Below are positions 18,882-28,916 of a stretch of 64,000 nucleotides of DNA, piece by piece. The stretch spans positions 22,895 to 86,894 of the forward strand of contig VMEV01000007.1 in assembly GCA_007375725.1 (NCBI GenBank), given 5' to 3'. Position 1 is the stretch's first letter. Every line of letters starts with the position of its first letter. The notes beneath the pieces were generated by a model. That model was not told the origin of the DNA. It searched no databases and was given only the letters and a program-made list of their open reading frames with translations. The stretch is from Parcubacteria group bacterium Greene0416_36. GTDB lineage: Bacteria > Patescibacteriota > Patescibacteriia > VMEV01. Made by a program: the position numbers and the translations under genes.

Positions 18882-20633
18882 TTAAATTCGGCCAAACATT
18901 TTTTCCAACTGCTGCCATTGTAGTAGAACCGACACGGGGCGTCCATGCGGGCAGGAAAATAAATTAAAGCGTTCTAAGTCGCCAAGCAGGGACTCCATTT
19001 CTGGAAATGTAAGCGAGTGATTGAATTTCACGGACCCTCGGCAAGAGGCGATTTTATAAAGATGATCGAGCTTGGCCTCCAGCGATCCCAAACGAGACCA
19101 ATCCGAGTCAAGCACATCTTTCGTCACTTCGAGCAGCAATTCCCCTGGATCTTTCCGCGATAATTGATAGGGCACTCCCAAGATCCGAACCGTGCCCGAA
19201 CCAAATTCTTCGACCACGAAACCGCTTTCCGCCAATAATGGCAGGTTCTCCACAATCCAGCTGAATTCAGACGCCCCCAAATGGAGCACTTTTGGAATGA
19301 GCAGGTTCTGTATTTTATCTTGGCTGACCCGAGATTTCAATTTCTCATAAAGGACACGCTCGGCCGCGGCATGCTGGTCGACCATCAAAATTCCCTCATT
19401 ATTTTCAGCGATAATGTAGGAATTGCGTATCTGGCCTATTACTTTGCAGATGAATCGGCCAGAACCCCCCTCAGTAATACCAGGAGTTGCTGAATCAGAA
19501 CGAAATACATTTTGAGAAAACTGAGTCTTGGAAAATATTTTTTCAAAAATGGGAAAAGATTGCAGAGACACGAAACGAGGACCTTCAAATTCCTCGGCCG
19601 AAGTGTCCCCTTCCACCACTTTCCCCGCCACAGGCAATAATCCGCTCCGAGCCAAAGTGTCCTGTACCACCCGATACACACAACGATACACCTGCTCGGT
19701 ATACTTGAATCGCACCTCGATTTTTCGCGGGTGGACATTGGCGTCCACCCAGTCCGGACGCATATCGAGGCGCAAAACGAAAACAGGAAAACGATCATGG
19801 GGCATATTGACCCCATATGCCTCCTTGATAATGGCGGCAATGCGGTAGTCCGATACCCAGCGGCCATTGATATACAAAAATTGTTTCCGGCGATTGAAGG
19901 CACCGGAAGTAGGCCGGCAAATAAAGCCACCCACGCGGACCTCATATTTACCGGAATTACAGCCCACCATATCCTCGGCACCCGGCCCCAAAATATCCGC
20001 TACCCTCTGACGCCAATCAGGCGTTCTCTTCCAATCAAACAATTTCTTTTTATTGTAAGTAAATGAAAAAGCAGAGTCAGGACGAAGAAGCCCGGCCTGA
20101 GTAATGACTTCCACCAAACGCAAATATTCCGTACCCACACTTTTGAGGAATTTTCGGCGAGCTGGAATATTGTAAAACAAATCAGCAATGGTAACAGAAG
20201 TTCCTGGTGCACAAGCGGACGGCTCGATATCCCATGAGTTCGACTCATCCGTTTTTTTGTGCAGACGCGCACCCTCCCTCTCGCCGTTTTGTTTGGACTC
20301 GATTGTAAAACGCGACACCGCGGAAATGCTGGCCAAAGCCTCCCCCCGGAAACCATAGGACAGAAGGGTGTCAAAATCCTCGATCTTGGAAATTTTGCTG
20401 GTAGAGTGGGGGAAGATACTCATAGCAAGATCTTCTCGGTCCATACCAGATCCGTCATCCACCACGCGAAGAAAATTGATTCCACCCTCTTCGGCTTCGA
20501 CCGATATAGTCTCGGCCCCGGCATCAAGCGAATTCTCGATTAATTCTTTGAGAGCCGAAGCGGGCCGCTCCACCACTTCCCCGGCCGCGATTTTATTGAC
20601 AAGGTCCTCCGATAATATCTTTATCTTAGGCAT
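18882..20633 (-). CDS. mutL: DNA mismatch repair endonuclease MutL
   Basis: IAAGEVVERPAS, GFRGEALASI, DANVHPRK, DQHAAAER, SCR, CPHGRP. Confidence 0.97.
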   Translation of the reverse strand: MPKIKILSEDLVNKIAAGEVVERPASALKELIENSLDAGAETISVEAEEGGINFLRVVDDGSGMDREDLAMSIFPHSTSKISKIEDFDTLLSYGFRGEALASISAVSRFTIESKQNGEREGARLHKKTDESNSWDIEPSACAPGTSVTIADLFYNIPARRKFLKSVGTEYLRLVEVITQAGLLRPDSAFSFTYNKKKLFDWKRTPDWRQRVADILGPGAEDMVGCNSGKYEVRVGGFICRPTSGAFNRRKQFLYINGRWVSDYRIAAIIKEAYGVNMPHDRFPVFVLRLDMRPDWVDANVHPRKIEVRFKYTEQVYRCVYRVVQDTLARSGLLPVAGKVVEGDTSAEEFEGPRFVSLQSFPIFEKIFSKTQFSQNVFRSDSATPGITEGGSGRFICKVIGQIRNSYIIAENNEGILMVDQHAAAERVLYEKLKSRVSQDKIQNLLIPKVLHLGASEFSWIVENLPLLAESGFVVEEFGSGTVRILGVPYQLSRKDPGELLLEVTKDVLDSDWSRLGSLEAKLDHLYKIASCRGSVKFNHSLTFPEMESLLGDLERFNLFSCPHGRPVSVLLQWQQLEKMFGRI

Positions 20634-20681
20634 AGATGTGTTTTATTTCTCATTCCCACGCTAGCTTAAAAAAAGAAAAAA

Positions 20682-20735
20682 TAAAAACAAAAAAGTAAGG
20701 GCTCAGAATTCTGAGCCCTTACTTTTTTGTTTTTA
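20682..20735. terminator. GTAAGGG REP palindrome / terminator
   Basis: AAAAAAGTAAGGGCTCAGAATTCTGAGCCCTTACTTTTTT. Confidence 0.8.
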
Positions 20736-20743
20736 GTCTATCT

Positions 20744-22516
20744 TCACTGCTTAGCAACAATCACCTTGCCATAGAGAGCCGAGGCAGGCACCGCGGCAAT
20801 GATGAAATCATCTCTTCGGTAGAAAATCTCAGCCCATGCCGAGCCGACTTTGACTCCGCCCTTGGATCCGAAATTCTTGCCGTGAATATAGATAATGCCT
20901 TTGTTTTCATTGCCGATTTTCCTGGTCATGCGTTCGAACTTACTGATTTGAACTTTCGTAATTGCCTTAACAAGAGGTTTCACCGCGGTATTTTTCACCG
21001 GAGGTGTAACCTTTGAAGGAACAGAAGTAGCGCTCTCTTTGATCGTTTCTCCGCTGACCGCAATCTTATGATTGATCGTCACTTGTCCGCTGGCATAATT
21101 ACCTACCACGAGCTGAACGCGAGAAGCATCAGGGGTCGTGAGGTTGACCGATACCAGCTCTCCCAAACTGGAAAGACGATTGTTGGTAGCGATAATCTTT
21201 TCCACTAGCAAACCATTATTATTATAAATCTCAATAGTTTTATTCTGTCCGCTGGGACCAAAGCCATAGCCATAAATCTTAAGCACCTTATTTTCACTGG
21301 AAGATTGCGTCACAACCGGTGACAAGATAATGGAATTCGACACGACACTCGTCTGGCGAATCAAATTCTCGCCCACTAATTGGTCAGTTCCCAACCGGAT
21401 CTCTCCGCTCGTGGTTCCCATAGGCAAGGTGACAGATACCTGGTCTCGATTTAGAGAAACAGAATCCACAGGCTGGCGGATCACGATATTCTCTCCAGAC
21501 AAAGTGACTGCTGGAAATTCGACGAAAATATCTTTTTTATTGGCCGAAATACCGGAAACTTCCAAGTTGATTTTGGCACCTACTCCCAAAGTGGAACGAA
21601 ACACATTATTGCCCAACTTGGGTTTGATCATCAAAAAAATAGAATTGGAATCTAATTCTGCTACGGATAATTTGAGTAATCCCGTCCGAGTATTGGCAGG
21701 CAATTTCACTCTGACTTCGCTCTCAGAGATAACTTTGGCGTCCAGAGCCATCTCTTTGTTTTCACCTTTATCCCCATAAACTGGAATCGTGACAATAACG
21801 CGGTCTCCCACAGCCACGCCAGTTACAGCTAAAGAAATTTCATCTCCCGCATTAGCAGTGACGCTCTGGGTCGCAATCACAGGAACCGCGACATAAAATA
21901 AATCTACTTGATCAAATAATACTTGAGTAAAAATAGGAGCAAACCCCATGTTAAATACCAAGGTCGCTGAGGTGGAAGGAGTGGAATCAAATACATATTT
22001 ATACTCTTTCCATTCTTGAGTGATATCAAATTCTTGATATAAACCAAGACCTTTATAGGGGTCAAAGGTCTCATTGAGACTCACGCTCGAACCAAACTTG
22101 GCGGAGGAACGGGCCCAAAAACGAAGCATCATTTTTCCGGAATCCACACTCAAAACATAGCGGGGGTCTCCGGTTGTCTGCAAATTCGTTTTCCAAATGA
22201 CATCCTGAGCTTCTCCGGGAATAATCACACGTAAAGCGCTTTTATTCTCTACGATAGGCGCGATATCTCCAAATTCATACTGGAGCACAACCTCGCGCCG
22301 AGGCACAGTATTGCCGCAATTAATAGGATATCCTGTTTGCTGAACTTGAGTCACGGAACATCCAAAAGACCAAAAATCCCAAAACTCAATCCCTTTATCA
22401 AAGGATCCATTTCGAAGAATATTGGCAGATCGGGCTTCGGACGGCATTGGAACCGAAATAAATAATCCAGCAGCAATAACACCCAGAGCCAGCTGTAAAC
22501 TGATAAAATGCTTCAT
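20744..22516 (-). CDS. Secreted protein with CBM4/9-like and IPT/TIG-like domains
   Basis: Signal peptide; NILRNGSF..LRFWARS..ITQEWKEYKY..FDQV; IYGYGFG and IHGKNFG IPT motifs. Confidence 0.8.
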   Translation of the reverse strand: MKHFISLQLALGVIAAGLFISVPMPSEARSANILRNGSFDKGIEFWDFWSFGCSVTQVQQTGYPINCGNTVPRREVVLQYEFGDIAPIVENKSALRVIIPGEAQDVIWKTNLQTTGDPRYVLSVDSGKMMLRFWARSSAKFGSSVSLNETFDPYKGLGLYQEFDITQEWKEYKYVFDSTPSTSATLVFNMGFAPIFTQVLFDQVDLFYVAVPVIATQSVTANAGDEISLAVTGVAVGDRVIVTIPVYGDKGENKEMALDAKVISESEVRVKLPANTRTGLLKLSVAELDSNSIFLMIKPKLGNNVFRSTLGVGAKINLEVSGISANKKDIFVEFPAVTLSGENIVIRQPVDSVSLNRDQVSVTLPMGTTSGEIRLGTDQLVGENLIRQTSVVSNSIILSPVVTQSSSENKVLKIYGYGFGPSGQNKTIEIYNNNGLLVEKIIATNNRLSSLGELVSVNLTTPDASRVQLVVGNYASGQVTINHKIAVSGETIKESATSVPSKVTPPVKNTAVKPLVKAITKVQISKFERMTRKIGNENKGIIYIHGKNFGSKGGVKVGSAWAEIFYRRDDFIIAAVPASALYGKVIVAKQ

Positions 22517-22704
22517 ATGTTAATGATATCTATTATCTCGCCAGTAGGCGGATCCGCATAGGGTATGGCGGAAAAAATAAGAATAGATATATATATCATA
22601 TTTAATAGAAAAAGGCAACCTAGCCAATAATTATCTGCTAATGATAGACAAAAGCCGCCTCTGGGCAAGAGACGGCAAACCAAATCATTCTGAAATGCCC
22701 AAAT

Positions 22705-23802
22705 TTAAATCACAAAATCTTGCCCCTGTACTTCATAGTAAGCTTCTCCTCTGGAATCAAAGCAATCACGCTCTCCCAAAGACATTATCTGGCAGAATTT
22801 ATAATCCAGACCATCGGTCTTGAGAAGATAATCATAAAGAATATTCGTTTCCGGATCTCTCGGTAATATAGGCAAATAGGTTGGAACCAGTTCGTCAAAG
22901 GTGGGGGGAAATACGCCCTCATGATCCAGAGAATAATGATTCAGGGCTGCTGCTAGAATGGCACGATGCTCCAAACGCAAAGCGTCCTCTACCTTGCCAT
23001 CACGGAACAACACCGATAGAAGAAAGATGAAGCCAAGAATCACAACCGCAGAAAATCCTACAAAAAAACCAATAATCCACTTTAGAATTTTGGATTCCAC
23101 CGCGCTGACTGAGCCTCCAGATCTGGAGAGATCTTCGTAAACCAAACAAAGATAAATCAAAGCAATCACCCCTAGAATCCAGCCAAGAATAGACACACAA
23201 ACTTCTGCAACAAAAAATATCCACGACTCTGCCGCAAAGAAATCCGGAATAAACTCCAAACCGACACTCAATATAATAAAAGGGATGAAAAAAATACAAA
23301 AATGCCAAACGACCCGCCAAAATTGCGTCCGGATATAACCAAAAGCCGTTATCATTGATTCCAGAGGAGATTTACCTTCCCGAATAAATACGGGAATCGA
23401 CAAAGCTCCCCACATAGCAAACAAAATCCCGGGGAAAATCAAAAAGAAAAATCCCCCGGCAACAAAAAAATTGAGCAAAATCAAAGTAAAAAAAATAAAA
23501 ACCAATAACTGCTTCCAATCGAATTGAAATAAAGTACCTCGAGAAGATAGTGAAATTCTATAAAAATTCAGCTGGGTCCATGACCCCAAAAGCAGGAGAA
23601 CTAAAAATCCGAAAAAAATCGCACCTACCTTGCCATAAAATCCCAATCCAGAACCTAAAATCCAAGGATAGAGAATATGTAAATAAATGAGAGAAGCACC
23701 GAAAATCGGCAAAGAAATAAGTAAATATTTCAAAAAGTTGGTTTTGAAAAACCGGATAGCATCGACCAAAAGAGTCCAGGCCCCGCGGAATTCATATTGC
23801 AT
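22705..23802 (-). CDS. Polytopic membrane protein with C-terminal pilin/GspG-like domain
   Basis: About 7 TM helices then ALNHYSLDHEGVFPPTFDELVPTYLPILPRDP..YDY..YKFC. Confidence 0.7.
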   Translation of the reverse strand: MQYEFRGAWTLLVDAIRFFKTNFLKYLLISLPIFGASLIYLHILYPWILGSGLGFYGKVGAIFFGFLVLLLLGSWTQLNFYRISLSSRGTLFQFDWKQLLVFIFFTLILLNFFVAGGFFFLIFPGILFAMWGALSIPVFIREGKSPLESMITAFGYIRTQFWRVVWHFCIFFIPFIILSVGLEFIPDFFAAESWIFFVAEVCVSILGWILGVIALIYLCLVYEDLSRSGGSVSAVESKILKWIIGFFVGFSAVVILGFIFLLSVLFRDGKVEDALRLEHRAILAAALNHYSLDHEGVFPPTFDELVPTYLPILPRDPETNILYDYLLKTDGLDYKFCQIMSLGERDCFDSRGEAYYEVQGQDFVI

Positions 23803-23925
23803 AAGATGATTTTAAATTGATTCCCCCTCATCCAAAACTTTTCTCATAGTAACAGAGTTTATTGACAAAATAAACCTTTTTTCATAATATTACCCCGTAA
23901 TCATAAACTCTATCATTTAAAGACT

Positions 23926-24321
23926 ATGCTCTGCATCAAACTTTCCCGACGCGGGAAGAACAAACAGCCTACCTACCGACTCGTTGTGACCGAAAAACAA
24001 AGAGATCCTTTTGGCGATGTCTTGGAAACCCTTGGAAACTATAACCCAAGAGCCAAAGGCACTCAATACTCTTTGGATGCCGAACGGATCACCTACTGGA
24101 TTTCCAAAGGTGCCCAACCCTCTGACACCGTTCACAATCTACTCGTTACCGCCGGAATCATCAAGGAAAAGAAGCGAAATGTCTCTTCCCTGACCAAGGC
24201 CATCCGCGAAGAGAGAAAGAAAGTCGCGGACGCTGAGGCAGCAGCTAAAAAAGCAGCTGCAGCTCCAAAAGCCGAGGCAGTTAAACCTGAAGAGAAGAAA
24301 GATGAGGCGCCAAAGGCTTAA
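23926..24321 (+). CDS. rpsP: 30S ribosomal protein S16
   Basis: IKLSRRGKNKQPTYRLVV..LGNYNP..WISKGAQPSDTV. Confidence 0.97.
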   Translation: MLCIKLSRRGKNKQPTYRLVVTEKQRDPFGDVLETLGNYNPRAKGTQYSLDAERITYWISKGAQPSDTVHNLLVTAGIIKEKKRNVSSLTKAIREERKKVADAEAAAKKAAAAPKAEAVKPEEKKDEAPKA

Positions 24322-24340
24322 AATGGATTTTCACATGACA

Positions 24341-24394
24341 AATAAAAAGGTAAGGGCGGTCCGATGTAACGTCGGACCGCCCTTATTTTTTATT
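24341..24394. terminator. GTAAGGGCG REP palindrome / rpsP terminator
   Basis: GTAAGGGCGGTCCGA..TCGGACCGCCCTTATTTTTT. Confidence 0.8.
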
Positions 24395-24416
24395 TGTATT
24401 CCTGAAAAATCGGGAG

Positions 24417-24445
24417 TTGACTTTCTGAGTCCCTTAACCTATACT
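24417..24445 (+). promoter_or_regulatory. sigma70 promoter
   Basis: TTGACT-17-TATACT. Confidence 0.75.
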
Positions 24446-24450
24446 TGTTA

Positions 24451-24548
24451 AAGATAACAAGGTATCCGATTGGATATTTTGCTTCAATCACCTTGTAAAC
24501 ATGTTATCTTTCTTCGATTAAGGAACCCTGTCTACGGGTTTCTTTTTA
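24451..24548 (+). ncRNA. Candidate ~100-nt sRNA
   Basis: Promoter upstream; AAAGATAACA/TGTTATCTTT stem; terminator GGAACCC..GGGTTTC-T5; no ORF. Confidence 0.55.
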
Positions 24549-24604
24549 TTTCCAATAATATCAAATTCAAATAAGCGTTAAGCATTTTCAAAAATGCTAC
24601 AAAC

Positions 24605-24663
24605 AACAAATCCCCCTCAGTCCCCCTTTGACAAGGGGGAGGCTGCTACTCCCTCCCTTGTTA
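24605..24663. repeat. CCCCCTTTGACAAGGGGG family repeat
   Basis: AACAAATCCCCCTCAGTCCCCCTTTGACAAGGGGGA..CTCCCTCCCTTG. Confidence 0.8.
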
Positions 24664-24720
24664 AATTTGGTATAAAAAACTGTCCCAACAAAGGACAATT
24701 TTTTAAGATAAAACAAAATT

Positions 24721-25923
24721 CTAAATACGAACACTCAAAAAATGTATCTTCCCTTTCTGCAATACAACCCCCGACTTTGGAATTTCAATCAGCTCCTCTT
24801 TAGTCTCAATCACCCGATCATCAATTTTCACGCCTTTTTGTTCGATGAGGCGCTTGGCTTCAGCCTTGCTGGCGGCTAATCTCGAGGTGACGAGAAGATC
24901 TACAATTCCGATGGACGGCTTGCCGACATGAAACACATCCATTTCCGTGGGCTTATGTCCCTGGCTGAACATGGATTTGAATTCCGCTTCGGCACGATCA
25001 GCTTCAGCCATGCCATAGTACTGGCGCACGAGTTCATGTGCCAAACGAATTTTTGAATCGCGTGGATTGGCACCTTTTTTCATGTCCGTCTCCATTTGCC
25101 GAACCTCCTCCATCGGCATGCGGGTGCATAATTCAAGTGCGGGCACGATCATCCCGTCAGGCCAAGACATGACCTTGCCAAACATATCCTTGGGGTTGTC
25201 CAAAAGGGACACCATATTCCCTTCGGTCTTGCCCATTTTTTTGCCGTCGGAATCCGTCAAAATTCTCAAGGCCACAATAAACTTTTCTTTACCTTTGAAA
25301 ATCTTCATCAAATCACGCCCCACCAACATATTGAAGGTCTGGTCATTGCCGCCAATCTCGCCGTCCACATCCATGGCCACCGAGTCATAACCCTGCATGA
25401 GGGGATAAAAAAATTCGTGAAGATAAATAGGCTTGGCCTCTTCCATTCTCTTTTGGAACATGTCCCGCTCCATCATTTGCTGGGCCGTAAAGTTAGAAGC
25501 TAATTTCAAAACATCTTCAAAATTTAGTTTTGAAAGCCAATCGCCATTGTACCGAATCTCGGCCGGGTTATGGCCGGAAAAATCGAGAAATTTGCTCGCC
25601 TCTTCACGATAATGCATGGCATTGGCGACCACTTGTTCTTTCGTGAGCTGGGTTCTCGTCGCGGCTTTGTCGCTCGGGTCGCCGATCATGGCCGTGAAAG
25701 ACCCGATAAGAAAAATGACTTTATGTCCTAATTTTTGAAAATCTGCGAGCTTTTGGAGCTGAATCACATGCCCCAAATGCAAGGTCGGCCCCGTCGGATC
25801 AAACCCTGCATATAAAGTCAGAATCTTGCCCTCCGCCAACCGCGCGGCTAGAAAATCATGCGCCGGAAATATTTTCTCGACACCTCGGGTTAAGACTTGT
25901 TCGATGAGTTGTTTTTTATCCAT
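24721..25923 (-). CDS. tyrS: Tyrosine--tRNA ligase
   Basis: GFDPTGPTLHLGH, YPLMQGYD, GGNDQ, KMGKT, C-terminal S4 domain. Confidence 0.97.
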   Translation of the reverse strand: MDKKQLIEQVLTRGVEKIFPAHDFLAARLAEGKILTLYAGFDPTGPTLHLGHVIQLQKLADFQKLGHKVIFLIGSFTAMIGDPSDKAATRTQLTKEQVVANAMHYREEASKFLDFSGHNPAEIRYNGDWLSKLNFEDVLKLASNFTAQQMMERDMFQKRMEEAKPIYLHEFFYPLMQGYDSVAMDVDGEIGGNDQTFNMLVGRDLMKIFKGKEKFIVALRILTDSDGKKMGKTEGNMVSLLDNPKDMFGKVMSWPDGMIVPALELCTRMPMEEVRQMETDMKKGANPRDSKIRLAHELVRQYYGMAEADRAEAEFKSMFSQGHKPTEMDVFHVGKPSIGIVDLLVTSRLAASKAEAKRLIEQKGVKIDDRVIETKEELIEIPKSGVVLQKGKIHFLSVRI

Positions 25924-25952
25924 AATTTTTTTTAAACCATCATCTTAATAGT

Positions 25953-26063
25953 ACTGTCATTGCGAGACCCGCCGACTTAGGCGGGGCGTGGCAATCTCAT
26001 GGCAGTACCTCCGACATGAGATTGCTTCGCCTCCGCTAAAACGCGAATTCTCGCGATGACAGT
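25953..26063. repeat. GTCATTGCGAG..GAGATTGCTTC..CGCGATGAC palindromic element (RPE/REP-like)
   Basis: Second copy at 56766-56878. Confidence 0.8.
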
Positions 26064-26104
26064 TTCAGTCAGGGCTGTTATCTAAAAAGCTAATGCCTAA
26101 TAGC

Positions 26105-28771
26105 CTAAAGCCTAGTCTTTATCTTCTCAATAATATCACGATATTCCTTCGCTTTCTCTTTTTCTTTGGCGACCACGGCTTCCGGGGCTTTGGAGGTGAA
26201 TTCGACATTGTCGATTTTTCTCCGAACATTCTCCAAGAGAATCTGGTAATGAGACAATTCTTTCTCGAGTTTCTCTTTGGATTTGCCTGAATCCTCCACA
26301 GCAACGCTCACGTAGCCTTCCACACCATCCAGAATAAATGGGAACTGTCCGGCCATTTTCTCTCCCAAGGCTTCCACCATCTCGAGCTCTTCCACACGCG
26401 CCAGTTTGCCGATCACCTCTCGATAGGAATTGATGAGAGACCCAAAAGACGGCGAGGCAATTTTCACTTTTATAAAGGCCCCGGCATCCACTTTGTTCTC
26501 CGCTCGGATATTGCGGATGGCAGTGACCGTGTCCTTGATTTTTTCTATCTGAGAACGCGAATTTTCTACCTCTCCGATATCCAACAATTTCGGCCACTCA
26601 CTCACAATCAATGGATCCTTCTGGGCTAAATTGGACCAGATTTCTTCACTGACAAAAGGAATAAACGGATGCCAGAGTCGCAGTAAGATTTCCAGAAGAT
26701 GATATAAAATGGCATCTTTCTGGCCTTCTACCTTGGCAATCTCCACATACCAGTCAGCCAAATCCGACCAAGTATATTCTCGGAGAGCCTCTCCCAGCAT
26801 AGAAATTTTGTAATTACGTCCCTCGATATCCAGACACTCTCGCGAAAGCGCGATCATCTCATTGGACCGGGCAATGATCCACCGGTCCGCGGTCGTGAGA
26901 ACCAGAGACTTAATATCGGTCTTTTTGGCTTTTTCCAAATCAATAGAAGTGAGAATATAGCGTGAGATATTCCATAACTTATTCACGAACCGCTTGGCGG
27001 CATCAATTTTCTCTTCGGAGAATTTCATGTCCGTGCCGGGAGTATTACCAAGCAATATTGACAGTCGAAGCGCGTCGGTCCCATATTTGGGAATCATGTC
27101 GAGCGGATCGATGCCATTTCCCTTGGACTTGGACATTTTCTTTCCTTGAGCATCGAGAATCAGGCCATGCAAATAAACCGTATTGAATGGAATTTCGCCC
27201 AACGCGAAAAAGCTCATCATCACCATGCGGGAGACCCACAAAGTAATGATCTCATAGCCGGTTTCCAGCACCGAGGTGGGATGAAACTTCGCCAGATCTC
27301 CGGTCTTGTTTCCCTTGGAATCCTGATTGTCCGGCCAGCCGAGAGTCGAGAAGGTCCATGTTCCGGAAGAAAACCAAGTATCGAGAGAATCCGGATCCTG
27401 AGTGAGTTTGGATCCGTGACAGCTGGGACACTCGGAGAGTTTCTCGTCGCGGGCACAGGTCATCTCCTTGCAATCCTGGCAATACCAAACCGGGATCGGA
27501 TGACCGAACCATATCTGGCGGGAGATACACCAGTCATGCAAATTCTCCATCCAATTGGAATAGCGCTTGGTGAATCGCTCGGGGACAAACCGGATCTCAT
27601 CGCTTTTGGCCGCTTCCAAGGCTTTCTCCTTGAGCGATTTTCCTCCGAGCCGATCCAATTTCTTATCGACTGAAATAAACCACTGTTTGGAAACCAAGGG
27701 CTCAATTGCGGTGGAACAGCGATAACACACCGACAAATTATGAGTATAGTCTTCGACGCGGTCCATGATGCCCATGGCCTCCATATCGGCCACAATCGCC
27801 TCTCGGCACTCGGCCACCGTCATGCCCGCGTACTTGCCGCAATTCTCCATCATGCGCCCTTTTTCATTGATCACGGCTTTGACTGGCAATTGGTGCCGGA
27901 GTCCAATTTCGAAATCCACGAAACTATGAGCCGGAGTCACCTTGATGATCCCCGAACCGAATTTAGGGTCGACAACCTCGTCTGCTACCACCTTCACCTC
28001 AAACTCCCCTAAAACTCCTGAGATTTTCACGGTCTTGCCAATCCACTCCTTGTATCGCGGATCATCGGGATGCACAGCCACGGCCGTATCACCCAGCTTG
28101 GTCTCCGGACGAGAAGTCGCCAAAACGAAGGGCCCGTATTTAATCCAGTATAATTTCTCTTCTTTCTCCTTATATTCGATCTCATCATCCGCCAGAGTCG
28201 ATTCGCATCGGGGGCACCAATTCACAATTCGGTGGCCGCGGTAAATCACGCCCTCGCCATACATGCGGCAAAACATTTCCGAGACCGCTTTGGCTCTTGG
28301 CTTATCTAGGGTAAAAGCTTCCCGCGACCAGTCAAGCGAACCGCCCATATTGCGGATCTGCTTCTGGATCATGGATTGAGTCTCGTACAAAAATTTCCAC
28401 ACGTGCTCGAGGAATTTCTCTTTTCCCAAATCATGGCGGGTCTTCCCTTCTTCCTTCTGCAGTCTCTTCTCCACCACATTTTGAGTCGCAATCGCCGCAT
28501 GATCCGTTCCGGGAATCCAAAGCGCACGATACCCGCTCATGCGGGCATAGCGAATCATCACATCTTCGATCGCCACCATGGCTGCGTGGCCCAAGTGCAG
28601 TTTGTCCGTGATATTGGGCGGCGGGAGCACAATACAAAAAGATTTAGCCGATTCCGGCAATTTCAAATTATCAGGATTAAAGTACCCCGACTCCTCCCAC
28701 ATCTTATAAATCCGCCCCTCTACCGACCCCGCCTCATACTGCTTCGCGATATTTTTTAGTCCTTGGCTCAT
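26105..28771 (-). CDS. valS: Valine--tRNA ligase
   Basis: PPPNITDKLHLGHA, GTDHAAIATQ, DWCISRQIWFGH, DTWFSS, KMSKS, C-terminal coiled coil. Confidence 0.97.
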   Translation of the reverse strand: MSQGLKNIAKQYEAGSVEGRIYKMWEESGYFNPDNLKLPESAKSFCIVLPPPNITDKLHLGHAAMVAIEDVMIRYARMSGYRALWIPGTDHAAIATQNVVEKRLQKEEGKTRHDLGKEKFLEHVWKFLYETQSMIQKQIRNMGGSLDWSREAFTLDKPRAKAVSEMFCRMYGEGVIYRGHRIVNWCPRCESTLADDEIEYKEKEEKLYWIKYGPFVLATSRPETKLGDTAVAVHPDDPRYKEWIGKTVKISGVLGEFEVKVVADEVVDPKFGSGIIKVTPAHSFVDFEIGLRHQLPVKAVINEKGRMMENCGKYAGMTVAECREAIVADMEAMGIMDRVEDYTHNLSVCYRCSTAIEPLVSKQWFISVDKKLDRLGGKSLKEKALEAAKSDEIRFVPERFTKRYSNWMENLHDWCISRQIWFGHPIPVWYCQDCKEMTCARDEKLSECPSCHGSKLTQDPDSLDTWFSSGTWTFSTLGWPDNQDSKGNKTGDLAKFHPTSVLETGYEIITLWVSRMVMMSFFALGEIPFNTVYLHGLILDAQGKKMSKSKGNGIDPLDMIPKYGTDALRLSILLGNTPGTDMKFSEEKIDAAKRFVNKLWNISRYILTSIDLEKAKKTDIKSLVLTTADRWIIARSNEMIALSRECLDIEGRNYKISMLGEALREYTWSDLADWYVEIAKVEGQKDAILYHLLEILLRLWHPFIPFVSEEIWSNLAQKDPLIVSEWPKLLDIGEVENSRSQIEKIKDTVTAIRNIRAENKVDAGAFIKVKIASPSFGSLINSYREVIGKLARVEELEMVEALGEKMAGQFPFILDGVEGYVSVAVEDSGKSKEKLEKELSHYQILLENVRRKIDNVEFTSKAPEAVVAKEKEKAKEYRDIIEKIKTRL

Positions 28772-28773
28772 AT

Positions 28774-28828
28774 ATTTAGATTTTAGCTATTTTAAGATAA
28801 AAAAGGAGAAATGGGAACTTGACAAAAT
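28774..28828. repeat. Direct repeat C copy 1 (divergent promoter region at valS)
   Basis: ATTTAGATTTTAGCTATTTTAAGATAAAAAAGGAGAAATGGGAACTTGACAAAAT, near-identical to 31784-31839. Confidence 0.9.
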
Positions 28829-28916
28829 ACACAGAAACAGTAGTCTTGAGAGTTGGAAAAATTCAAATTGTCATTTTACATCCTCCAACAATAGAAACTT
28901 TGTTCGGGAGAACATC

